Shown here: one piece after another, positions 44,700 to 59,179 of the stretch
Numbering within the stretch: the first letter of the stretch is position 1
How the letters are laid out: the number at the start of each line of letters is the position of its first letter
Source of the DNA: Octopus sinensis
Taxonomy: Eukaryota
DNA: 64,000 nt
Reading direction: 5' to 3'
Assembly: GCF_006345805.1 (NCBI RefSeq)
Contig: NC_043014.1
Span: 19,840,001-19,904,000, forward strand
Position numbers and translations under genes: made by a program
The notes under the pieces: generated by a model
The model's database searches: none
What the model saw: only the letters and a program-made list of their open reading frames with translations
Told to the model about the DNA's origin: nothing

Positions 44700-47600
44700 A
44701 TAAGATACTGCTGTGACTACACATAAAACAATATCATTGATGATGATGGTGATGGTGATGGTGATGATGATAATGATGATGGTAATGGTGGTGATAATGA
44801 TGATAGTGATGGTAATGGTGATGATAATAACAATAATAAGCCGACTACGGCTGCTATAATGGTACGATTATAATTGTAACGGCAATGATGGCCGTCTCCC
44901 CACGAGCCAATCAAAGCTAAAAAAATGATAACATTATCGTAGCACCAAAATGTTTTTGGAAACTAAAAGGAAAACTAAATCAGTATACCGAATCGCTTGT
45001 CCTATGGTTAATCTGGAAGCGCGTCCCCCAGGGAAGAGCCAGCCTGGGATCGAAAAGTCATCAACTGGCACAAATTCTTCTCCGAATACGGACATGGATG
45101 GTCACTTGAACGGGAAATCCCCCAACTCGAGCCCTCCAAGTTCACCACCACAACCACCACAGAAAGAAAAATGTAAGCGGAACAAATGGACCCGAGAAGA
45201 GTATAAAGAAGTAATATACGCTTATTACTATGCATTAGGTAGGCCATCTCAAGAGAGACACACCGCAAACTCTTACAGTATATGGAGAACACGGAATCAA
45301 GACAGTAGGCCCTATTTGGACGAGAACAAATTAGCAAATGTGAGGAGGGATATCCTTAGAAATAACAGACTCACAGACAGTGAAATAAGCGCGATCAAGC
45401 ACGCAACGGAAAATGACATAAATATAAGACACAAAGGAAATGAAGAATCAGATGAACAGTATAGCCCACCACAAGGCTTAATTGAAAGACTGCCATCTGA
45501 CCAAAGTACGCAAAGGCCTGAAGATACAAGAAATTCTATTGTACCTGTTAAAGATAGCCAGGAAAACGAAAAAACAACAGTAACTAAAGATCTCGCATTT
45601 GCTGAAGAACACAGAGAGTCTATGGCAGAAATGAGGCAGAAAATCCTGAATACGCTTGAAGTTGTAAGACATACAAGTATGAATGATAGAGAACCACTTC
45701 ATAAACTCTCAAATACAAACCAAAATAAAAAACAAATCCAAATTGGCAACTATGTAACAATGAAATAATACGAGAATTAAAACCTGATTTTACTGAGTTA
45801 AATGAAATTATTTACGCTTCTGCTAGGGCAATTGAAACCAGCTGTATGCCCCCTAAAAAACAAAGAAAACAAAACCTGGGAAGAAATCAAACCTGGAGAA
45901 GTAAAATTGAAAAAGAGATTGAATTTATGAGAGGGGAAATATCAATATTAAATGAACTAATATGTGGAAATGATGTAAGATCCAGAACAGGAAGAAAGAT
46001 GAAGAGAAAATTTGGATCCTCACCAAGAGAAGAACTGATATCAATAAAAGAAACGCTGAAACAAAAAGTCCAAGCAAAAGCCCAAAGAATACGAAGATTT
46101 GAGAAGAGAAACAAGTTTTACAAGCAAAATAAGCTGTTCACATCCAATGCCAAAAAATTTTACAGAGAAATAGGGAAGGAGAAAGTAACCGTTAAAGACC
46201 CCCCTCCCATGGAAGAAGTTCAAAACTTTTGGAAAAGGATTTGGAGTGACAAGAAGACGTACAACATAAATGCAGACTGGATTATACAAACTGAAGGATC
46301 CTACCAAAATTTACTACAACAGGCATGGGACGACATCACAATAGCAGACCTAAGAAAGGCACTCACGAAGGCCCATAATTGGAAATCCCCCGGTAAAGAT
46401 AGGGTGCCGAATTTCGGGCTCGCATCGCTCCCATGCGCACACGGTAAGCTAGTTCAGCTCTTACGGATGCAAAGATCAACTGCTAATCAATCGTATGATC
46501 CTTGAGAACTGTCACAACAAGCGCAGAAATCTCAGCACCGCATGGATTGACTACAAAAAGGCCTTCGACAGTATACCGCATCCATGGATCTTGAGATCGC
46601 TGGACATCTTCAAAATTTCCCCTGTGATTTCAAACTTCCTGAAGCACAATATGTCGTTGTGGAATACGAATCTCCAATTATACCACTCTAATGGAGTACT
46701 TGCCTCAGAAAATATAAACATCAACTGTGGAATTTTTCAAGGTGACTCACTTTCACCTTTAATATTCTGCATAGCCCTAATACCCCTTACAAGTGAATTA
46801 AACAGAACAGGGTATGGGTATAAAATTGCTAATAAAAAAATAAGCCATCTATTTTATATGGATGACTTAAAACTTTATGGTAAAGACAATAATGAACTTG
46901 AAGGCCTATTGCGCACCGTGAAGCATTCAGCGATGACATCGGGATGGAGTTTGGACTTGAGAAGTGTGCCAAGGCCACTTTCCAGAAAGGGAAGTGAAGA
47001 CCACAAATTCAGTCGTGTTAGATGTTGACACAGTCATAAGAGAGCTTGAGCAAGAACAAACATACAAATATTTAGGGATAAATGAAGGCTCTGGTATTCA
47101 GCATGCAAGCATGAAAGAGAAAATCAGGAAGGAATGTTATAGGAGAGTTCGTGCAGTCCTAAAATCTGAACTAAATGCACGTAACAAGGTGTTAGCTATA
47201 AATTCCTTAGCAGTTCCAGTTGTTACTTATAGCTACAATGTGTTGAACTGGAATATGAGTGAAGTAAAGAATATAGATAGAAAAATACGCAAGCTGCTGA
47301 GTTGTAATAGGATGCACCACCCAAAGGCAGACGTAGATCGCCTTTACCTTCCCAGAGCCCAATGAGGTCGAGGTCTGATCCAATTTGAACTAGCTTAAAA
47401 AACAACCACAATTGGACTGGCCAAATATCTCGAAATATCGAATGACTGGATGCTAAAGCTCGTGGAAAATCACGAGAGACGAAAGAAGCTTCATTCTATC
47501 ATAAAGGAAAGCAAAAAATTTGCTATTGATCTCGTGCAGGATACCCAAACTGAACAACCCGAGGGAAGTACAGCAACTATTGTTGCAAAGAAGGTGAAAA

Positions 47601-48576
47601 TGATGGCAATGAAAAAAGCGCACGAGCAATTGGCTGATAGGTGGGAGGAGAAACCTCTGCACGGCAAATATGTGACCCGCAGCAAACAAGCTGATGTTCA
47701 CCAGAAGCAAACCCATCAGTGGCTACGGAGCTCAGGGCTAAAAGCAGAGAGCGAAGGTTTCATCCTGGCTGCTCAAGATCAAAGCCTATTAACCCGGAAC
47801 TACCAGGCCAATGTGATGAAAAATGGAGTAGACCCAAAATGCCGATTCTGCAACGACATGATTGAAAAAGTGGACCACCTAATCTCTGGATGTAAAGTCT
47901 TAGCACCAGTGGAGTATAAATTAAGACATGACAGAGTTGGCCAATATCTCCACTGGCTAATAAGTCAGCATTACAATATCAAAACTGCCGACAAGTGGTA
48001 TAATCACCACCCTGAGGCTGTAACTGAAGGTGAAAATGTAACCATTCTGTGGGACTTTCCAGTACATACAGACCGAACCATCAAGGCCAATAAACCAGAT
48101 ATTGTTGTGAAAGACCAAAACAATAAAGTTTGCTTATTGATCGACATGAGCATCCCCTGTGATCATAATATCTCAGCGAAAGAGTTTGACAAGCTCAGAA
48201 AGTATAAAGACCTACTCATTGAAATTGAGAAAATGTGGCATCTCAAGGCGGTTACAATACCAGTGATCGTAGGAGCACTAGGAATGATCAAGAAGGGAAC
48301 CGAAAATTATATGAGAATGATCCCTGGCTTACCATCCCTGCAAGAAGTGCAAAAGATTGTCTTAACTGGTACATCACACGTATTGAGAAGAGCATTGTCG
48401 ATGTGAGAACTGTTGCTGCTCATGTATTTTAATTTAACTTAAAAAAAAAAAAAAAAATGAACGAACTACTGAGTTTGGTTTAATGGCCTACCAATGTATA
48501 CTATGATTTTCTTTGCCCTAGGAGTCGGGAAGACACTCGGCAAGAAATGGAAGCAAATTTGAAAGAAGAAAAAAAA

Positions 48577-48578
<2 letters not shown>
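44700..48578 (+). mobile_element. R4/Dong-clade non-LTR retrotransposon, second subfamily
   Basis: (AAT)n on both sides; broken RT-RLE ORF; 5' boundary approximate. Confidence 0.95.
44950..48406 (+). pseudogene. RT, CCHC and RLE ORF, frameshifted with an internal deletion
   Basis: KSPGKD, WIDYKKAFDS, GIFQGD, YMDD, CRFCNDMIEKVDHLISGC, RHD, KPDIVV..D..K. Confidence 0.95.
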
Positions 48579-48613
<35 letters not shown>

Positions 48614-48678
48614 TAACAACAACAACAACATCGAAAAATACCTTAGGAATGAGAGCCCCGGTTCGAAATTTCCCCAAG

Positions 48679-48722
48679 ACACTTGATGAAGGCTGGAGGG
48701 TATATCAGCCGAAGCGTTATGT
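48679..48722 (+). ncRNA. Minimal hammerhead, mutated core
   Basis: acac-TTGATGA-a-GGCTG-gagggtatat-CAGCC-GAAG-cGTT-atgt; two core substitutions relative to CUGAUGA/GAAA. Confidence 0.6.
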
Positions 48723-49517
48723 TAACAACAAACAAGATGAGGACAAAAATCCTTCATTTGTAAATAATGTAAATAAGGTACATAATTCCTCATCTCTTAA
48801 ATATAGAACTGTACAAGCATTCATGTTGTGATCATTCTTCTTACTCCTTTGCGGAATAGTTTATTGTTGACTGCATTTTGCCATTTGTTCTATTTTTAAG
48901 ATGATAGATTGAGTTTTAAGGGGCGAGTTGTTTGTTAAATGTAGATGATCAAACAAACACTTAGAAGAAGATACCTCAGATTATATAATCAGTATATGTG
49001 GAAGAGGTTAATGTAATTGCAACTGCATCTTTAAACGGATGTTTTGCTGGGCTTTTCATCTTCACTTGAAACAACTGTTTCGACCAGATGTTAACCTTGA
49101 AAGCTCAAAAAATTAATCTGTTCAACATTTTGGAGTTGGATTCGTGTGATAAAGTATGTATATAACACCACTTGATGAGAAATAAACGGCAAATATTATT
49201 ATTTATCAAGGAAGTGTGGGAAGAGGGCGCTGAGAATCAGTTCAGCAGTTATTGAGATGCTGAAGAAACTACAAGAAATACCAATATGAAAGTAAGCAGC
49301 TTCTAAAATATTTTGTTAAAATCAGTGATGTCTTATTGGCAACGATTTATGTAGCAAGCTCGTGCAGGGTCCTACACTGAGCAACTGCCCGCTGTCTAAT
49401 TCCATCAAGAAACACACGACGAGGGACACTATGCTAGAAATAACAGCGAAACCTGGAATAAGTCACAGCTTATCTTAAAAAGTATCTCATCACCAGATGC
49501 ACAAACACTGGCACATT

Positions 49518-49558
<41 letters not shown>

Positions 49559-50579
49559 CACACGGTATGATAGAATAAACAATCCTCAACGTAATGTGTA
49601 ATGAAATTTAAGCGAAACCCAAGTTGCGAAGCAAACTTTATAACCACAGAGATCTCTCTCTAAGCTTATATATATATAACTCAATTTTTATTGCCAACGT
49701 TTGATAACATTTTACGAATAATATATCAGATCGTATGTTAAACATCCCTCAATAATAATCAGCTACCATTATCTTCTTCTTTCTAAATGAATAGCTAAGC
49801 CGTTCAAATGAAAAGTAACTACCTAGGTTATAAAGATGCGTAGTCTAGCGATTACGATATTTGATTTATGATCATTAGTGTACGGGTTCGATTCTTGGAC
49901 GAGTTGTCTAAGTGTGTTTTTGCAAGGCAATTCAGTTCCCTTTATTCCAGTCCTCTCATTGTAAACAGCTACCATAGGTACCAGTGAATTGATTCAGCAA
50001 CGGACTAGGTGCAGTTTCGGGAGATGTCTTGAACTTTCGGTTGAAATGTTTTGAAAATCTTGATAAATTCTGACCTCTTTAGTTCGTAGGCACGAACCAG
50101 GCAGTAGCCAGACAGAATATCATATATAAGATATGCGCTGGGTGCGTAGATCTGTTCATGAAGGTGTTTTGTACTATCAACCATATAATAAATTTGAGCA
50201 CACTCACTAACCAACTTACTAATAAAAATAATACACAAAAAGAACAGTAAATAACACAGGTACTTGGCGACATGTGGTCGGTCTACAAGGAATGCCCTTA
50301 AGACATGAGCAAATTATTCAAATATTTCAATCAGCTAAAATTCTACTACAACTCATAGTTGATAATGAACATTCAAGCAGTTATAACAAGCAATTTAAAT
50401 CGGTCATCGTATATTACTGGAAATATAACCTGCAGGGAGATCGCTTCTGAATAATGTTCTTTGTCATATCCTGAAATCTGTCCTGCTGTTAACAGAACAG
50501 TAAATGTATACAGAAACATCTGACACCTTTTCTTATGTTCATGGCCCGAAGCTGTTTTGATCAAATACTAAGGTATCAA

Positions 50580-50666
50580 ATGTAGATTACATTACAGTGC
50601 CCATTTCTCACAAATATTGCATTTTTATTGGTAATTGTAAACATGTTGGACTTTGCAATACAGTTT
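50580..50666 (-). mobile_element. Fragment of the 44371 element leader
   Basis: Reverse complement aactgtattgcaaagtccaacatgtttacaattacc...gagaaatgggcactgtaatgtaatctaca matches 44374-44458. Confidence 0.85.
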
Positions 50667-52189
50667 CTTTATTTGGCTAAGAACAAGTTTCCTGGAATAA
50701 GTAATGGTATCAGATCCAACAGACCTATTAAGAGGACAAAAATAATTAATATCGTAATAAAGTAGGAAAAATAGGGCCGTCAGAATTCTCACCGTACAAC
50801 AAGCATATTGCTCAGAACAGCCTTACAGTACATATACCAGCACCGCCCTTTCTGAATTGATCACTGTAAAAACTCTAAAGGATCTAAGAACTGAAAAATT
50901 CAACATTAGTTGTGATGTAGACACTAAACAGTTCCCACTCAAAGAGGTTGGCCGTGATTTATATCTGTATTAAGCTCATACAAGTCCCGGGTTTTACCAC
51001 TGCGATAACATTTGCAGACAGAAAAAAATTCAGGGACTATTTCACTTAAATTTGCAAGCATTAAAATGCAAATGTCATTAACATATCAAATACATTTGTG
51101 TAGATACAAAATATAAGTTCACAGTGTTTTTTTAATTTTATTTTCAGGAACAATGATAAATGTTACACAAAAATAACAGAACACATAACAATTCAATGAA
51201 CACTGGTGTATTGACATTTGAAACGAAAAATACCTGCTTCAGAAAGAGCATAGTATTAAATCTTACATTGGATGTTGCTTCTATAGAAGGCAGGTGCAAG
51301 AAATTACATCAGGCACCTCTTACACACATGTATACACACACACGCACACGCACAGACACACACACACAGAAAATTGGAAGAGTGGGCCACTAACAAATAA
51401 AGAATAAGCCATTATGTTACAAGCCGTGAAAGGAAGTGCGTAAAATAATACTTTCCTATAAGTTATGATTTGGTTGCCGTAGCAATCCGGAAAGGGTGAG
51501 AAAGAAAATATAAGAAATACAACTGAATATATTGAGATTGACGGGCCAGAAGCATGGTTCTAGAACCTGAAAATGAAGACTGCGGTCATACTTAAACACA
51601 ACAGGAAAGATGAAATATCCAGAGTTGAAGAAGTCAGATGCACACTTGATGTCAATGTATCAATTGAATTACATGAGAAAAAGATACTTTTGTTTTATTG
51701 ACGAGATATTTCAAAATCCTGTGCCTGGAATATTTTTTTGTAACTTTATAACTTATATTTTTGAGACACAAGTATACATGTACCAGACCGCACGTTTCAT
51801 CGTATACTTGGGTATGGATTTCCGAGAAAGTACTCTTTGCTACATTTCAACCATTATAAATGGTCACGATATCTAGCACAATTGAAACCGTAAGATATTC
51901 TTAAAATGTAAAAGATGGATTATTGTGCGGACGAGGCAGAGAACAGTTTTTAATCTTTCAAAATTTACCGCAGAAGGGATGGCAGTAAAGATGACTCTAA
52001 AAGGTCAATCGATAGAGATAGATAGATATACATATATATGTATATATCTATACGTGTATACACACATATACACACTCATATATACTCATTCAAAATTAGA
52101 GGAAGCAAAAATAATTAGTGGAAGTAAACAATCCAGATACCAACTGGGTTTAACCAGTTATATATTGATAGAGAGTTCCTCAATATATA

Positions 52190-52975
52190 TATCCAAGTAG
52201 ACAATACAAAGAAAACAAGGACGGGTCATTCGGAGTTTTCTTTCTTCAGTTACGATTTGATCTCTTATATGTAGGTATATATTTATCTAAATCTTGTACG
52301 ACTCTCTTCTTTCTTTCTTTCAGCCCTTTCTCGCTTATTCGTTCATTCTGCTCTTCGTTCCTTCGTTCACCATCTCTCACATTTCCCTACCTTCCCTTCT
52401 TGCTCACTTTCCCTCCTCTTTTCAATTCACTGTGTCCCTGTTATTTTTTCTCGTCCCTCCTTAATTCTTCTGTATCCTGCCTCTACCTCTCTCTCTTCTC
52501 TTCTCACTTGACCGGTGTTCGGCCAAGCCTGATCTTTCTTTCTTGGTTTGGCCGTGTCCATGCAACATATATATTCCTCTCTGTGCTTGTGAAACTTTGT
52601 ATTCCTGCCGTAAGGCTTTGTTTTCACACACGTCAGCTTAATTTAATTCGTCCTTAGTCGAAAGTCACCTGTTGTTATGTCCTGTTATTTTGTGTAACAT
52701 TCACCGTTTTTTCCTCCTTGATTTCGTATACGTCGCTGTTTTCTTCCAAGGAATCTAATGCTCTTAGTTTAGTTTTTCCTTGGGGCTGGCCAGATTGGAG
52801 CAATCTCGAGTATAACCAGCCAAAATTGCAAAGATAATCTGGAACTAGGCTGTGGAAAGAAAACTCCGAAAGACCCGTCCTTCTTTTCTTTGTATCATCT
52901 ATCTGGAATGTTTTGTTTTCCCTTATTTGTATTACCTGTCTGGATGTTTTGCGTTCTTGTCCCATTTTGTATGTA
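52190..52975 (+). mobile_element. Penelope-like fragment: inverted partial pLTR, pyrimidine-rich body, pLTR
   Basis: 52192-52249 is an inverted copy of 52850-52908; both contain a decayed CTGANGA...ctccGAA motif. Confidence 0.6.
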
Positions 52976-53031
52976 TATCTATATATATATCACATCGAAA
53001 CTAACTATGACTTAATTTTTCCTCTCATACC

Positions 53032-53086
53032 GTCTCCGATGAAGGGATATTATTATTAATTAATATTCTAGAAACAGATGTAAGAC
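53032..53086 (+). ncRNA. Minimal hammerhead (U4C variant), same family as 28.5-28.8 kb
   Basis: GTCT-CCGATGA-a-gggatatta..taatattct-a-GAAA-CAGATGTA-AGAC. Confidence 0.7.
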
Positions 53087-53150
53087 CTATCTATAAATGC
53101 TTTAATATCTATACACCCATGGTTTTTTATATCATTACACAAAAAATTCA

Positions 53151-53192
<42 letters not shown>

Positions 53193-53335
53193 CCTGCGTG
53201 AATTGTTTTTGAGTATACATTGTCTGGGAGACTCTTCTTATAGTAGAGGAAATAGCTAAATTCTTTGGCTGCTATTTCTAAAAGTTCGGTGTGTGGTAAA
53301 GTAAATTATTTTGCTGAACCCTAATTATATAAAGT

Positions 53336-53404
<69 letters not shown>

Positions 53405-53411
<7 letters not shown>

Positions 53412-53431
53412 CGGCGTACATTTACTTTGGT

Positions 53432-53463
<32 letters not shown>

Positions 53464-53538
53464 TTCTCTCTCTTCATATATAGCGGCGTACATTTACTTT
53501 GGTCTCTCTCTCTATCTATCTATCTATCTTTCTCTCTC

Positions 53539-53545
<7 letters not shown>
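53405..53545. repeat. ~70-bp tandem duplication
   Basis: tagcggcgtacatttactttggtctctc...tctcttcata occurs twice. Confidence 0.9.
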
Positions 53546-53586
<41 letters not shown>

Positions 53587-53645
53587 TATATATAATCATA
53601 CATACGTACATATACAGATATATATCCGTATATAAACATACATAA

Positions 53646-53684
<39 letters not shown>

Positions 53685-55095
53685 TGTATATATGTGAGCA
53701 TGTGGTCGCTTGTGTGTGTGTGTGTGTGTGTGTGTGTATTTACAGCCATAATACACATTTCTGGAGACAAAATATTCCTAGCTGCAGTGATTTGACTTAG
53801 TTAATGGATGAAAACAACAACTCCGTTAGTTTAAGAGCTTCAGTAAAATAAAAAGCTAAGTGTGTATAAGGTAGCTGTTAACTCTTAAGCATAAAGGAGC
53901 GTAGCTAAACGCTCCATGGTATTTCGACTGCATCTCGGTCAATTACGCTATTCGCACATATATTTATGTATGTATATACATAGATACATGCACATATATG
54001 TATGTTTATATATATGTGTATACAGATATGTATGTATATATACATATATATCTATATACATATGTATATATACATATGTATATATACATTTTTATATATA
54101 TATATACATATATGTATATATATATATATGTGTGTGTGTGTGTATGTATGTGTATATATATATTCCATATGCATATATGTACATATCTACATGCATACAC
54201 GTAATTTTTGTCTGTGTGGGAGGTGTATACACTCGTTTACATACACACATAAATACGGGTGTATGCATATATGACCACGCAAAAGAAATGAGCACGACCG
54301 GCACTCAGCCATGCAAAAAGACACACAGCCAAACAGACGGTCAAAAAGAAATGAGAGAGAGGGGGGAGATAGGTGAAGACAGAGGGGAGAAAGAGGGAAA
54401 GAGAGAGCAGATGAGAAAGGGGAGAGAGAAAAAGATTGCGAGAGAGGAGTGCGGAGAGAGAGAGAGAGCCAATCACCTAAATCAACTGATTACTAATGAA
54501 AAAGACAGGACGGTGAAGCAAGGATTTATGTGAGCAATAATATATAATATAGGTGGTTGACATTAGTTATAGGAAGGAAAGGGGGGGGATGGGCAACTTG
54601 TACAATTGAGAACAAAGCGCTTTCATAATCACTGAAGCAGACGACAGATTCTCCAGGATTAGGAAAAAGGAAAAAAAAAGTAGGGAGTAATTGAAGTCGT
54701 AAGCAGAATTATTGTCAGTCTTCAAAGAATCTCAGCAAGCAAAAAGGAAGAGAGAAGAAGATAAAGACGGCATGAAAAAATGTATTGATGGTATTTAATA
54801 AAACACCGTTCCTCCACATGATTAACGTCAAATGCTTATGACGATGAAAAAAACATTCATACATTAGGGATAAGACGATAGTTAATATTTCTGTTGATCA
54901 TCATAATGATGATAGTATGATTCAAGAGTAGTTGTTATTGTTGTTAATGTTCTAGATTATTAATGGCTGTATGTTACGGTGGGGGTGATGGACCAGTTCT
55001 TGTATTGATGTTGGAATGTGTCTGTATAGTGATGGCTAATGCAGATTAAAGGAATATCTGTACAAACTGAAGATGTATATGGTATATATATATAT

Positions 55096-55148
<53 letters not shown>

Positions 55149-55229
55149 TGGGGGATTTGTGTGTGTACATATATATGTATATATACGCATATAAGCATGT
55201 GTGTGTATATACATGGATATATGTATGGG

Positions 55230-55317
<88 letters not shown>

Positions 55318-55556
55318 TATTTGCAAATATATACGTATATATATATATACATATATATTCATATATATAGATGTGTATGTATATACATATATATACATAA
55401 ATGTATATATATATATGTATATATACATACAAGTGTATGTATATACATATATTTATATATATACGCATATATATATATACGTACATATATAAACTCATGT
55501 ATACATACACATATACATAAATATATATATATACATACATACATATATATATACAC

Positions 55557-55616
<60 letters not shown>

Positions 55617-57529
55617 GCAGAATGCGGCCGTATCTCTGTAGGCGTCATCAGGATATAGCATGCATTTAATCATTTTAAGTTAGACTTCTTTTCTCTTTTC
55701 ATTTTTATTTTGTATATTTTTCTTTCAGTGATACGTATGAAAAGTGCCATGAACATATACATATATTATTACTGTACGATATAACTTATGTACGAATCCT
55801 TATATAATGGAACTTGTGTAAATATATATGCGTAAGTAACCAAAAGTGTCAGTCTACCCGCTTACCATCTACCGCAGCATACTATGTAACTCATATCTCA
55901 AATTATCTTTATGCCAGCAACCGCTCTGAAATATTAATGTAGGAAATGGAAGAAATAGCTATACTTCTGTCAGACAAGATTATCCTCACGAAAAATATAC
56001 ATCCATATGTACGCATGTGCGTCTTTGTGTGTATGTGTATATGTGTGCGTGCAACCTTGTGTGTGCATGCGAGTGTGTGTGTACATGTGTGTGTGTGTGT
56101 GTTTGTGTGCGTGTGAATGTATTGATATGTATGTATGTTGAAGGCATTTCTAGGCTGAGTTCTTTTCAAGTGAATTGAATTTCTCAGCACAAAATATGAG
56201 GTAAGAACCGATATTACTCTATGCATTTCTTATATAATTTGCATACCTGTAGGTGTGACTCGCTGTGTTTTTCTGTTTGTCTCGATTGTTTGGTCGCTGG
56301 TAGGCTTTTTGTTTCGTGGGGTTTTTTTAACATCATAATCCGAAGCTATGTTATTCATTGGTTGATTTTTAATGTTTTTAATATATTAAGGGGTGCTTTG
56401 GAGGCTTCAGGCATCGTATTGGTTGCGTATATTCTTATATATGTATGTTTATAATTTCATTGTCTTTGCTTTTAAAAGTTTGCTCCTGAATATCAATACT
56501 TTTCGTTTCCTCGATTAATGAATATACCTTAGTTTTTAAATTCACTTTTGTATCAAAATATTGTTTTCGTTTCGTTGAAATATAATTCTTGAAATCCAGG
56601 TTAGACAGTTCTAGTTAATAATTATGTATATATGCATGTGTGTATGTATGTATGTATGTATGTATGTATGGATGGATGGATGGATGGATGGATGGATGGA
56701 TGGATGGATGGATGGATGGATGGATGGATGGATATAGTATTCTAAGTCTTTATTGCTTGCACATTACATTGATATTTTTCATTTCTGTAACTACTTTTAT
56801 AGCGTTCTACCATTATAATGCAAGCGCATGAGCTATTTACAAAAGTGAGGAAAATATCACTGCGAACATATTTGCGAATGTACAAGGATTTATGATAAAC
56901 ACAAAAACTAATTACCGTAGATGATGTTATACAAATTGAGTTGTTTGCGTTTCGTTTAACGATTGGTATAATAGACTGATATTTAAAAAAGCGAAGACTA
57001 TTTTCTGTTTGTTTAGTTCTATATTGTTCGTATAGTATATTACTTTCACATTCATTTTATTCACTTTCAGTGTTTATTCATTCCTTATTTCCATATTTAT
57101 ATCTTGCCTTGATGCAGTCATACGTATAATACAATATGTAAACCGTAAGAGATAAAACATATCCGTTGTAGTTCCTGTGATCATTTCGTTTTGTTTCTCT
57201 CTATTTAAAGCTTAATTCTACTCTTTTTCTTTTACCCCACATCCTGACCATAATTAGGAATATGGTCAATACTATTTCAATATAAGTTTTTCTATATACT
57301 ATTTACTTGCAATATATAGAACAATTGCCAGTTGTAGTAAGAAAGATTCTGGTACTACCATCACAAGTTTTTATTCTTATTCCTTCTACTTTTTACATTG
57401 CACATTGCATGAGGCTTCGGCAGCATAACTCCTATTTAATTTGCAATTATATACATTATATTTATATTATCTCCTCGGCTTCATCGAGTTCTCTTATTAT
57501 TATTCATTTACCTCCCATGAGTATGTATG

Positions 57530-57593
<64 letters not shown>

Positions 57594-57673
57594 TACGCAC
57601 ATACAAATATAATATTATAAAATGATAAAAGGCCATTAAAGAAATATATATATACATATACATACATACATAA

Positions 57674-57708
<35 letters not shown>

Positions 57709-57911
57709 CTTGTAATTTTAGGTGTTTAATTTTTCAATTTTTTAAAATTTGTTTGATTTTTAATTTTTTTTAAATATATTCCTAATCTATATATTTTTAG
57801 TATATGTTTATTTTATTATATTAGTATTCATATTCTTATTTTTCTCTTAATATATCTTATAATATATATTTTTAACTTTGATCCGTTATTAATAATAACA
57901 ATAAGATAAAT

Positions 57912-57992
57912 AGCCTGAGGGCAAACTGGTAGATTTATGTATTAGCTATAGCTTTTATAAACTCCCTACCAGCGCAGAAACACGTGTAGCGT
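57912..57992 (+). ncRNA. Degenerate minimal hammerhead in an AT-rich pLTR-like element
   Basis: gc-CTGAGGG..CTGGTAG...CTACCAG..GAAA-CACGTGTA-gc; palindrome ACACGTGT; A9 mutated. Confidence 0.55.
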
Positions 57993-58294
57993 TGATTAAA
58001 AATATATTCTTGCCTCACAGTCTAATAACAGGTAAGTTATATAGATTTTTCAAATATTTTTCAAATAATTCTATTGGATTTTATAGCAGGTTTTCTAAAT
58101 GCTTATATTATTTTATTGGGTGTAACTTTCTATGTGTATTCCATACAATAAAGTTATCCTGAAATGGGAGTTGCGGTTCTAATGGCAAAATTCCAAATTT
58201 CCAGTAATATTATAAATGATACAGTTTACATTGCATTAGTAAAGTGTAAAATAGTAAATGTCCTGACAACCTGGAATACTTCTTATTCCCTAAG

Positions 58295-58373
<79 letters not shown>

Positions 58374-58452
58374 TGCGTGTGTATAACCGCGTGTGTATCG
58401 TTGGCGTTTTTTTCCCTCCGTCTTCCTTTCCTTGGATCTTTCCATTTCCTAT

Positions 58453-58490
58453 ATTTCTGACGAAGCGCTCCGCTCGAAACGTTATATTCT
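58453..58490 (+). ncRNA. Minimal hammerhead with 4-nt palindromic stem III
   Basis: CTGACGA-a-GCGC-tcc-GCTC-GAAA-CGTT; stem I weak. Confidence 0.55.
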
Positions 58491-58733
58491 CCTTCCTTCT
58501 TTCTTTTCTGATTGTCTAATAACACTATACTTGTTCCACGTCCTCGCGTTGCTGTATTTTCTCTTTGTGTTTTCATGTTTGGATTAACTATATATATATA
58601 TATATATTTTTTATATATATATTTTATATTTTTTATATATATATATATAAAATAATATTAGGGAGTAAATCCAAACTTATAGGGAAAAATTAGATTTAGG
58701 ATTAAATCCAATTTTATAGTATAAATATATATT

Positions 58734-59148
58734 ATATTAAATTAGAGATAAAACGACTATTAGGCAAATCAAACAATGAAAGTCATAAGCCAATACATAG
58801 AAAAAAAATTAATTAAAAAATATAAAATATAAATATAAAAAATGTAAAATATAAAATTACAAATTAAAATATTTAAATTAAAGTTAAAATTTTAAAAATT
58901 ATTTAAATAATTTAAATAATTTAAATAATTTATTCAAATAATTTAAATAATAATAAGTTTAAATTATTTAAATTATATAAATAATTTTTAAAATTTTAAC
59001 TTTAATTTAAATATTTTAATTTGGAATTTTATATTTATATTTTTTATATATATATTTTATATTTTTTTAATTAATTTTTTTCTATGTATTGGCTCTATGA
59101 TTTTCACTATTTGATTTGCCTAATAGTGGTTTATCTCTAATTTAATAT
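58734..59148. repeat. ~415-bp AT-rich palindrome (fold-back element)
   Basis: atattaaattagagataaaacgactattaggcaaatcaaa mirrored by tttgatttgcctaatagtggtttatctctaatttaatat; centre ~58930. Confidence 0.9.

Positions 59149-59179
<31 letters not shown>

Noticed and set aside
44840-44920. HDV-like ribozyme at the Dong 5' end
   Set aside because: Could not build the P1-P4 pseudoknot by eye
50000-51900. Complex low-repeat region with splice-like signals (e.g. minus-strand 50793-50889)
   Set aside because: Candidate exon has stops in all frames; no recognisable domain
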